From a bacterium (GTDB taxonomy: Bacteria > Patescibacteriota > Minisyncoccia > UBA6257 > GWB1-50-10): a DNA stretch of 44,388 nt. The position numbers and the translations under genes are program-made. Where the stretch lies: contig JAJYXV010000005.1 in the NCBI GenBank assembly GCA_021801565.1, forward strand, positions 1-44,388, given 5' to 3'. Below the pieces are notes generated by a model. The model did not search any database. It was not told the origin of the DNA and saw nothing but the letters and a program-made list of their open reading frames with translations. Positions 38,124 through 44,388 of the stretch are shown in pieces. Each line of letters opens with the position of its first letter. Within the stretch, counting starts at the first letter, position 1.

Positions 38124-38432
38124 TTAAAAAACGGTCTGACATTTCCTGCAATACCGGACCTTTTTTGTATCTTTCTCCGCTTTGAACCCAACGCGAATCG
38201 CTTTTCCACAAGAAGGACACACCACAAGAGCATTCGAAGATATAAGCGGACGCGTAACAGAAACTATTTCCCCCTTTTCTCCCTGCCGCTTTGGTCGAAC
38301 ATGTTTTTTGTACACATTTACTCCTTCCACGGTAATTTTTCCTATTTTCGTATGCACGTGAATCACCTTCCCGGTTTTTCCGCGATCCTTCCCCGAAATT
38401 ATTTTAACTGTGTCTCCTTTTTTTATTTTCAT
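38124..38432 (-). CDS. rplX: 50S ribosomal protein uL24
   Basis: KGDTVKIISGKDRGKTG KOW motif. Confidence 0.97.
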   Translation of the reverse strand: MKIKKGDTVKIISGKDRGKTGKVIHVHTKIGKITVEGVNVYKKHVRPKRQGEKGEIVSVTRPLISSNALVVCPSCGKAIRVGFKAEKDTKKVRYCRKCQTVF

Positions 38433-38555
38433 CCCGTTAGAAATAGATCGCGACTAAACGACCCATGGTAGATTCTATTACGACTGAATTTTTCATTATA
38501 TATTCCATAATTGTTTTTTATTTTACATACGATCGCGATTTCTAACGGGATTCAT
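38428..38555. mobile_element. Start-codon-embedded TIR element at rplX, including flanking repeats
   Basis: Perfect 14-bp IR ATCCCGTTAGAAAT (38431-38444) / ATTTCTAACGGGAT (38538-38551); TTCAT at 38428-38432 and 38551-38555. Confidence 0.88.
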
Positions 38556-38560
38556 ATGTA

Positions 38561-38929
38561 TTACACGAGTTCCTCTGCAAGCGACGCAATAGTATCATAT
38601 CCTTTTTCTTTTATTTCTCTTGGTATCGGACCAAAGATTCTTGTTGCTTTTGGCTCCTTTCCTTTATCAAGAATAACCACAGCATTATCATCGAAACGCA
38701 CATATGATCCGTCTTTTCTGCGCAGTGCCTGTTTCTGTCGAACAATTAATCCGTGGACAATATCCTTTTTTTTCACCGCTTTCCGTGGTTCCGCTGATTG
38801 GACCGATGCAATAATAATATCACCAACGCAAGAATATCGCTTTCTGCTTCCTCCTAAAATGCGAAAACAACGCACAAATTTTGCTCCTGAATTATCTGCA
38901 ACTTTTAATATGGCTCGTTCTTGTATCAT
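38561..38929 (-). CDS. rplN: 50S ribosomal protein uL14
   Basis: VADNSGA, FDDNAVV and TRIFGP motifs. Confidence 0.98.
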   Translation of the reverse strand: MIQERAILKVADNSGAKFVRCFRILGGSRKRYSCVGDIIIASVQSAEPRKAVKKKDIVHGLIVRQKQALRRKDGSYVRFDDNAVVILDKGKEPKATRIFGPIPREIKEKGYDTIASLAEELV

Positions 38930-38934
38930 ATATA

Positions 38935-39207
38935 TTATGCTTTACTATCTTTTTTTGTATCAACCGCTTTTACAATATTCCAACGCTTTTCTTTCGAAAA
39001 TGGACGTGTTTCTTCAATAATCACTGTCATTCCGGTTTTATATGAATTTCCTTCGTCATGCGCTTTGTATCGTTTCGTTATTTTATAAAACTTGTGATAT
39101 TGTGAATGTTTTTTTGTCCGGGTAACAGCAATAACCCGGGTCTTATTCATTTTGTCAGACACCACCACGCCTTGTAATTTTCTTTTTTGTACTTTCTTTA
39201 TGGTCAT
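38935..39207 (-). CDS. rpsQ: 30S ribosomal protein uS17
   Basis: GVVVSDKMNKT, AHDE and ETRPFSKEKRW motifs. Confidence 0.97.
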   Translation of the reverse strand: MTIKKVQKRKLQGVVVSDKMNKTRVIAVTRTKKHSQYHKFYKITKRYKAHDEGNSYKTGMTVIIEETRPFSKEKRWNIVKAVDTKKDSKA

Positions 39208-39221
39208 ACGTTTTATAATTA

Positions 39222-39419
39222 TTATTTTGCTCTTCCATTTAAAAGCGTTTCAAACTGAGCAATTGATTTTTTAATTTCTTTCATCTCCTTTAGGCTCTTC
39301 ACCTTACCAGTTGCTAAATCTATTTTCAAATTTACCATGCGCTCTTTAAGAGTTTTTAATTCTTTTTCAAGCTCCGGCATCGGTTTTTCTTTATATTCTT
39401 GAAATGCTCTTTTTTTCAT
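39222..39419 (-). CDS. rpmC: 50S ribosomal protein uL29
   Basis: Helical-hairpin pattern, KK.IAQ..T; operon position. Confidence 0.93.
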   Translation of the reverse strand: MKKRAFQEYKEKPMPELEKELKTLKERMVNLKIDLATGKVKSLKEMKEIKKSIAQFETLLNGRAK

Positions 39420-39423
39420 ATGT

Positions 39424-39837
39424 TTATTCTTTTGCGATTATTTTCGTTTTTACGGGCAATTTGTGTCCGGCAAGCCGAAACGCTTCAACGGCACTTGATT
39501 TCGGCACGCCACCAATCTCAAAAAGTATTCTTCCTGGTTTTACTGGAGTAACAAAGTGATCAACATTACCCTTTCCTCCCCCAAGAGTAACTTCTGGTGG
39601 AAGTTTTGTAACTGGTTTATCCGGAAATATGCGGATCCAAATTTTTCCCTCACGCTTCAGTGAGTGAGCTATGGTTTTTCTCACCGCTTCAATTTGACGT
39701 GCAGTAATCCATATACTTCCGAGTGCTTGCAATCCGTATTCTCCATAACTTACCGTAAGTCCGCGAGTTTCCTTGATGCGGCCGCGCGAACGTCCTTTCT
39801 GCATTTTTCTATGTTTTTGTTTCTTTGGCTGTAACAT
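39424..39837 (-). CDS. rplP: 50S ribosomal protein uL16
   Basis: MLQPKK and [12 protein letters not shown] motifs. Confidence 0.98.
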   Translation of the reverse strand: MLQPKKQKHRKMQKGRSRGRIKETRGLTVSYGEYGLQALGSIWITARQIEAVRKTIAHSLKREGKIWIRIFPDKPVTKLPPEVTLGGGKGNVDHFVTPVKPGRILFEIGGVPKSSAVEAFRLAGHKLPVKTKIIAKE

Positions 39838-39848
39838 ATCTTTGAAAA

Positions 39849-40568
39849 TTACCTTGCTTTCCGTGGAAATCGTTGCGACTGCGGCTGTGAATGTTGTGCC
39901 GATGTTTCTTCAAAAATTTCACCTTTATAAATCCATACTTTTATACCAACAGTACCATAGGTGTTAAAAGAGGTAGCTTCGGCATAGTCAATATTTGCTC
40001 GCAAAGTTTGAAGTGGCATTCTTCCAAAAATCATCCAGTCACTTCTCGAAATTTCCGCTCCATTTAAACGCCCGGATACTTTTATTTTTGCTCCTTGGAT
40101 TTCTTTATTTTGTTTCATTAATTCCAAATTTCTTTTCAGCACGGTACGATATGGTTTCCTTTTTTCAATATCAAACGCAATCTGCTGTGCAGTCACCGCA
40201 GCAGAAATCTCAGATCGTTTTAATTCTTCAATGTTTATATATAACGAAAAGACAGTTGCTTTTTTATTCTTTATTCTCAATTTACGTATTCCTTTTATTA
40301 CCGCGGTTTTTAAATCTTCAATCCCCTTTCCCCCTCTTCCAATAATGAGTCCCGGCCTACTTGCCCGAACAAGCACGCGTATTGTAGTGCCAATGCGCTC
40401 AATCTCAATACCCGCAATGCCTGCCGCCAAAATTTTCTCGCGGATAGTTTTTCGAATAAGACTATCCTCCTCGAGGAAAAATGCGAGTGATTTTTTATAG
40501 AACCACCGACTTCCCCAAGGGAGTGTTATTCCGAGACGTAATGTATTTGGTTTAATTTTTTGTGCCAT
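39849..40568 (-). CDS. rpsC: 30S ribosomal protein uS3
   Basis: [19 protein letters not shown] and [11 protein letters not shown] motifs. Confidence 0.98.
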   Translation of the reverse strand: MAQKIKPNTLRLGITLPWGSRWFYKKSLAFFLEEDSLIRKTIREKILAAGIAGIEIERIGTTIRVLVRASRPGLIIGRGGKGIEDLKTAVIKGIRKLRIKNKKATVFSLYINIEELKRSEISAAVTAQQIAFDIEKRKPYRTVLKRNLELMKQNKEIQGAKIKVSGRLNGAEISRSDWMIFGRMPLQTLRANIDYAEATSFNTYGTVGIKVWIYKGEIFEETSAQHSQPQSQRFPRKAR

Positions 40569-40580
40569 AATAAGCGGAAT

Positions 40581-41093
40581 TTAAATTGATTTTCTACGGA
40601 ATACTTTTCTAAAACCCGTTGGTTCGGAAGATTTTTTTCCTCCATCGGAAATAATATCTTCTTTTTTCTTTTTCTGAGAAGTTTTCTTTTCTTTCTTTTC
40701 CGAGACCTTCTTTTTTGGTTTTTCAGGAATAACATACTTCACCTTCTTCATATTTTCTTTCACCCCAAGCACCACAATAACATGACTGGTTTTCTTCTCT
40801 ATAATAGCTGATGAGCCACGTGCACGAGGTGTCCATCGTTTTTGTTTCGGGCCTTGATCTACTCTAATCTCTTTTATATAAAGTGCCTCTGGATCAATTT
40901 TTTTAAATACTGCATTCGCACGTGCGGAATTAACTAATTTCAATAAATCAGCACTCGGTCTCCGAGGAGAAAGCATAAGTTGAGCCTGTGCCTCTTTTAA
41001 CTGCAATCCGCGTATCATATCAGCAACAAAACGCACTTTTCGCGGTGCTATTTTTAGATATCGTACTATTGCTGTTGCGTTGAGTTCTTTCAT
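40581..41093 (-). CDS. rplV: 50S ribosomal protein uL22 with a Lys-rich C-terminal extension
   Basis: APRKVRFVAD and RARG...SHV motifs; start MKELNA at 41093. Confidence 0.96.
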   Translation of the reverse strand: MKELNATAIVRYLKIAPRKVRFVADMIRGLQLKEAQAQLMLSPRRPSADLLKLVNSARANAVFKKIDPEALYIKEIRVDQGPKQKRWTPRARGSSAIIEKKTSHVIVVLGVKENMKKVKYVIPEKPKKKVSEKKEKKTSQKKKKEDIISDGGKKSSEPTGFRKVFRRKSI

Positions 41094-41097
41094 AAAA

Positions 41098-41409
41098 TTA
41101 CTTTGCTGCTGGTGGTTGTACTGCTTTTGCTTTTTGTTCCAATTCTTTTTGCATTTTTCCTCCATGTCTTACAAATTTCCTTGTAGGCGAAAATTCTCCA
41201 AGACGATGACCGATCATATCTTCCGTAATGGTAATTTCGATAAATGTTTTTCCGTTATGAACCGCAAACGTGTACCCTACCATTTCTGGAGCGATTTCTG
41301 AGGCGCGAGACCACGTCTTTATCACGGTTTTTCCATCCGGCTTTACCCCGGCTATTTTCTTCAATAACTTTGGATCAACGTATGGACCTTTTTTTGATGA
41401 CCTACTCAT
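41098..41409 (-). CDS. rpsS: 30S ribosomal protein uS19
   Basis: KKGPYVD, KTWSR and [11 protein letters not shown] motifs. Confidence 0.98.
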   Translation of the reverse strand: MSRSSKKGPYVDPKLLKKIAGVKPDGKTVIKTWSRASEIAPEMVGYTFAVHNGKTFIEITITEDMIGHRLGEFSPTRKFVRHGGKMQKELEQKAKAVQPPAAK

Positions 41410-41458
41410 ATGTTTGTTTATACTACGCGATGTAATACCGTGTAGTCAATTAAATCTT

Positions 41459-42283
41459 CTATTTCCTTCGCTTCATAATAAGCTTATTCGACCACTTTTT
41501 TCTATTACGCGTTTTTCTTCCTCCTGTGATTTTTCCCCATTTCGTTTTTGGTCTACGAGTACCGCGTTGAGTTCTTCCCTCTCCACCTCCATACGGATGA
41601 TCGCGTGGATTCATAACGGATCCGCGAACTGTAGGACGCACTCCAAGAGCTCGAGAACGGCCAGCCTTCCCGATATTTACAAGATTATGTTCAATATTTG
41701 AAACTTGACCAATTGATGCAAAACATTCTGATAACACTTTCCGTACTTCGCCAGATGATAATTTTAAATGAGTGTACCCCGCTTCGTGCGCAAGTACCTG
41801 CACCGACACACCGGCTGAGCGTGCCATTTGCCCCCCTTTCCCTGGAGTAAGTTCAATATTATGGATAAATGTTCCCACTGGGATTCTTTTTAATTGCGTC
41901 CTGTTCCCTGGTTCAAACGGTGCTTCATTTGAAGTGCTGACAGTTGCCCCTACTTTTAATCCATTTGCAGCAAGTATATATCTTCTCTCTCCATCCTTAT
42001 ATGTTATCAACGCAATAAATGCGGTACGATATGGATCATATTCAATTGTCTCAACAACTCCTGGAACCCCGATTTTATTCTGTTTGAAATCAACATTCCG
42101 GTACACAATTTTATTCCCCCCACCTTGATGGCGGGTGGTTATCCGTCCCTGATTATTTCTTCCCGAGTTTTGTTTTAACTTTTGAGTAAGCTGCTTTAAC
42201 GGTTTTTTCCGAGTAATATTGGCGCGATAATCAACTGACGTATAGTGTCTGCGTGATGCTGTTGTTGGTTTATATTGTTTCAT
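41459..42283 (-). CDS. rplB: 50S ribosomal protein uL2
   Basis: GRNNQGRIT, YDPYR and MNPRDHPYGGGEG motifs. Confidence 0.98.
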   Translation of the reverse strand: MKQYKPTTASRRHYTSVDYRANITRKKPLKQLTQKLKQNSGRNNQGRITTRHQGGGNKIVYRNVDFKQNKIGVPGVVETIEYDPYRTAFIALITYKDGERRYILAANGLKVGATVSTSNEAPFEPGNRTQLKRIPVGTFIHNIELTPGKGGQMARSAGVSVQVLAHEAGYTHLKLSSGEVRKVLSECFASIGQVSNIEHNLVNIGKAGRSRALGVRPTVRGSVMNPRDHPYGGGEGRTQRGTRRPKTKWGKITGGRKTRNRKKWSNKLIMKRRK

Positions 42284-42439
42284 CCCGTTAATAATAGGAA
42301 ACGTTTACGTTTCCGCCTGCCTGCGCAGGCAGGTACGTTTTTTTACATGAATTTCGTCCTTTTTTTGTCTGTGTATAAAACATAATTTTATTTTCTTGTT
42401 TCTTTAATAATGATAAAAACTATTATGAACGGGATTCAT
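42279..42439. mobile_element. Start-codon-embedded TIR element at rplB, including flanking repeats
   Basis: 15-bp IR with one mismatch: ATCCCGTTAATAATA (42282-42296) / TATTATGAACGGGAT (42421-42435); TTCAT on both flanks. Confidence 0.88.
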
Positions 42440-42442
42440 ACA

Positions 42443-42784
42443 CTAAATAATTTCTATCTTTTGTCCTTTTTTAATTTTCACCACAGCTTTTTTTGTACCT
42501 TGTCGCCGTTGTGTTGAATATCGAAATCTCTTTATTTTTCCCTTTATATTCGTCATCGTCATTGAAACAACATTCACTCCGTATCTTTTTTCAATTTCTT
42601 CTTTCACCATTTTCTTATTTGCATGAGGATACACCAAAAACGTATAGCGGTCTTCACCATAAAGACGTTGTGCTTTTTCACTCACCCAGGGTCTTTTGAT
42701 GATACTTCGAATCACCATCGCAGAAGTTCCTGCTATTTCTTTTTTCTCTCCTTTTTCTTTTGTTTTATTTTTTACAGGACTCAT
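42443..42784 (-). CDS. rplW: 50S ribosomal protein uL23
   Basis: RPWVSEKA, YTFLV..ANK and KKAVV motifs. Confidence 0.95.
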   Translation of the reverse strand: MSPVKNKTKEKGEKKEIAGTSAMVIRSIIKRPWVSEKAQRLYGEDRYTFLVYPHANKKMVKEEIEKRYGVNVVSMTMTNIKGKIKRFRYSTQRRQGTKKAVVKIKKGQKIEII

Positions 42785-42790
42785 ATTATG

Positions 42791-43417
42791 TTATTCTTCC
42801 GATTTTTTAACATGCAACACCGCATCTTTTTCAATAAAAATAAATTTATGCGCTACACATTCGTATGCGTTTAGCGACGATACAGAAATAACCAATACAC
42901 CGGGAATATTCCGTGCTCCCAAAAACGCATTCTTTTTTTCTTTCGCTACTACCACAAGAGCACTTGCCTGTTTTTTGAAAAAATATTTCAAAAACGCGGC
43001 ATACTCTTTTGTCTTTGCGCTTCCAAAATCAAAATTGTCTACTACAATCAATTGTTTATCTGTAAATTTTTTGGAAAGCGTCGAAAAAAGTGCCGCTTGT
43101 CTCATTTTTTTATTTGTTTTCTTTGAAAAATCACGATCATTTCGTGGTCCATGAGTGATACCTCCTCCTGACCAAATTGGAGAACGAGTTGAACCGTGTC
43201 GAGCCCGCCCCGTATGTTTTTGACGCCACGGTTTTTTTCCTCCACCGGCAACTTCTCCTCTCGTTTTTGTGTGTGCAATCGTATTTCTTTTGTTTGCAAG
43301 ATGCGCGGTTACTATTTGATGCACCAATTCAGGATTCCATTTCACCGAAAAAACCCCTGCCGGTAATGCAAGTGTTCCTACTTTTTTATTCTCTTTATTA
43401 ACAACGTCAATATTCAT
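42791..43417 (-). CDS. rplD: 50S ribosomal protein uL4 (in-frame upstream ATG at 43576 adds 53 element-derived codons)
   Basis: TKTRGEVAGGGKKPWRQKHTGRARHG; homology begins at MNIDVV. Confidence 0.96.
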   Translation of the reverse strand: MNIDVVNKENKKVGTLALPAGVFSVKWNPELVHQIVTAHLANKRNTIAHTKTRGEVAGGGKKPWRQKHTGRARHGSTRSPIWSGGGITHGPRNDRDFSKKTNKKMRQAALFSTLSKKFTDKQLIVVDNFDFGSAKTKEYAAFLKYFFKKQASALVVVAKEKKNAFLGARNIPGVLVISVSSLNAYECVAHKFIFIEKDAVLHVKKSEE

Positions 43418-43576
43418 TCCGTTTAGAAACTCGCCTGAATGAGAAGATTTATTCTTTCGGGCAGGTAGATCACGATCCGAATTTTTTAATTCGGTAGTGT
43501 GAGTATTTTTTGATTTTTTTTCAACCGTTTGTTTCATATTTGTCTTTTTGTGATCATAATTTCTAACAGAATTCAT
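43413..43576. mobile_element. Start-codon-embedded TIR element at rplD, including flanking repeats
   Basis: ATTCCGTTTAGAAAC (43416-43430) / ATTTCTAACAGAAT (43559-43572); TTCAT on both flanks. Confidence 0.8.
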
Positions 43577-43587
43577 AAATATAAAAA

Positions 43588-44022
43588 TTATTTCTTTATT
43601 ACCTCAACAACTGTTCCGCGCATTCCCGGAACCGCGCCGCGAAGCATGAGAATTCCTTTTTCTAAATCAATGTTTGCCACTAAAAGATTTTTTACATGTG
43701 CACGTTCCATACCCATGTGTCCCGCCATTTTTCTCCCCTTCACGACACGCTGTGGAGCCGTTGGACCCAAAGATCCAGGAGCTCTCATGCGATTTTTTTG
43801 TCCATGTGTTGCTGGACCACCATGAAATCCATGGCGTTTTACCACCCCTTGAAATCCTCTTCCTTTACTGAGTCCACTTACTGAAACTTTTTCTCCCACA
43901 GAAAAACCCTCGAGCGTATCATTTTCGTTCTTTTTCTTCAACTCAAGAACCGTTACGGGAACAACCGAATCACCTTTCCAAAGTTGAGTCATTTTTACCT
44001 TTTTTGCAAAAATTTTCTTCAT
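43588..44022 (-). CDS. rplC: 50S ribosomal protein uL3 (internally shortened, 144 aa)
   Basis: KK.KMTQ, PVTV, SKGRGFQGVVKRHGF and MAGHMG motifs. Confidence 0.95.
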   Translation of the reverse strand: MKKIFAKKVKMTQLWKGDSVVPVTVLELKKKNENDTLEGFSVGEKVSVSGLSKGRGFQGVVKRHGFHGGPATHGQKNRMRAPGSLGPTAPQRVVKGRKMAGHMGMERAHVKNLLVANIDLEKGILMLRGAVPGMRGTVVEVIKK

Positions 44023-44123
44023 CCCTTCACATAATACAAGATTGTATACACACAATCCGTTTCTATCTGGTTAGCATTATAAAATCCTTCACTAAGAGCC
44101 ATTGCCTTACGTGAGGGATTCAT
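44018..44123. mobile_element. Probable start-codon-embedded element at rplC (variant ends)
   Basis: ATCCCTTCAC (44021) / GTGAGGGAT (44119); TTCAT on both flanks; a second internal arm ATCCTTCACTAAG at 44084. Confidence 0.6.
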
Positions 44124-44163
44124 ACTACGCCAAAATATCCTAATATGTTTTCGATAAGAAAAC

Positions 44164-44183
44164 AACAGGGGGAGAGCCCTGTT
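44164..44183 (-). promoter_or_regulatory. Leader hairpin with U-rich tail upstream of rplC
   Basis: Transcript AACAGGG-CUCUCC-CCCUGUU followed by GUUUUCUU. Confidence 0.5.
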
Positions 44184-44214
44184 TTCCTGTTTATAGTAAT
44201 GGCTAACCCATATT

Positions 44215-44243
44215 ATCGTAACCTACCCCGTTATTTTCGTCAA
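44215..44243 (-). promoter_or_regulatory. Putative promoter of the rplC operon
   Basis: TTGACG-N17-TACGAT. Confidence 0.6.
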
Positions 44244-44280
44244 CCGTTTTCCTCTGATTTTATGCTGTTCAGACGAGATA

Positions 44281-44388
44281 TGTTTTCAGGTCAATAGCTT
44301 GTAACCATATTCATATAAAATATCGACAGGGGTCTTCATCATGAGTGCCATGTGTGGTCTCTCATGGTTGTAGTAGCGAAGGAACTTC
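44281..44388 (-). mobile_element. Right end of IS481-family insertion sequence (truncated by window edge)
   Basis: Terminus TGTTTTCAGGTCAATAGCTTGTAACCA matches the IS end at 127; preceded by an integrase-core tail. Confidence 0.8.
44286..44387 (-). CDS. IS481-family transposase, C-terminal fragment (partial)
   Basis: Manual translation KFLRYYNHERPHMALMMKTPVDILYEYGYKLLT*; YN..RPH..L...TP motif. Confidence 0.8.
   Translation of the reverse strand, partial: KFLRYYNHERPHMALMMKTPVDILYEYGYKLLT

Noticed and set aside
41421-41446. ACTACGCG..CGTGTAGT hairpin between rplB and rpsS
   Set aside because: No ATGAA duplication or matching TIR; not a member of the start-codon family.
2501-44123. Recurrent palindromes as a possible CRISPR array
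   Set aside because: No regularly spaced repeat-spacer units and no cas genes.

Overview
A 44.4 kb AT-rich chromosomal segment of a Patescibacteria (CPR, Parcubacteria-like) bacterium using genetic code 11. The assignment rests on no rpmD between rpsE and rplO, CPR-typical DUF5652/DUF5667 genes and a short UvrC. Contents: def-fmt, nfo, tdk, dispersed uvrC/uvrA/uvrB, murA, alr, dprA-topA, tRNA-Ile and tRNA-Ala each followed by a MazG-like gene, two large surface proteins (FN3-dockerin-cohesin, and a T9SS-CTD protein that looks Ignavibacteria/FCB-derived), and the rplC-to-secY-adk-map ribosomal protein block without rpsJ. Both window edges are ends of IS481-family elements. The most unusual signal lies outside the ORF track. 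Short terminal-inverted-repeat (MITE-like) elements sit exactly on the start codons of secY, rplX, rplB, rplD and probably rplC, flanked by an ATGAA direct repeat so that an ATG is present on both sides. A second MITE family sits on the patatin start codon and on a -35 box. Several small palindromes lie in frame inside housekeeping proteins. No database searches were run; product calls are from motif recognition.
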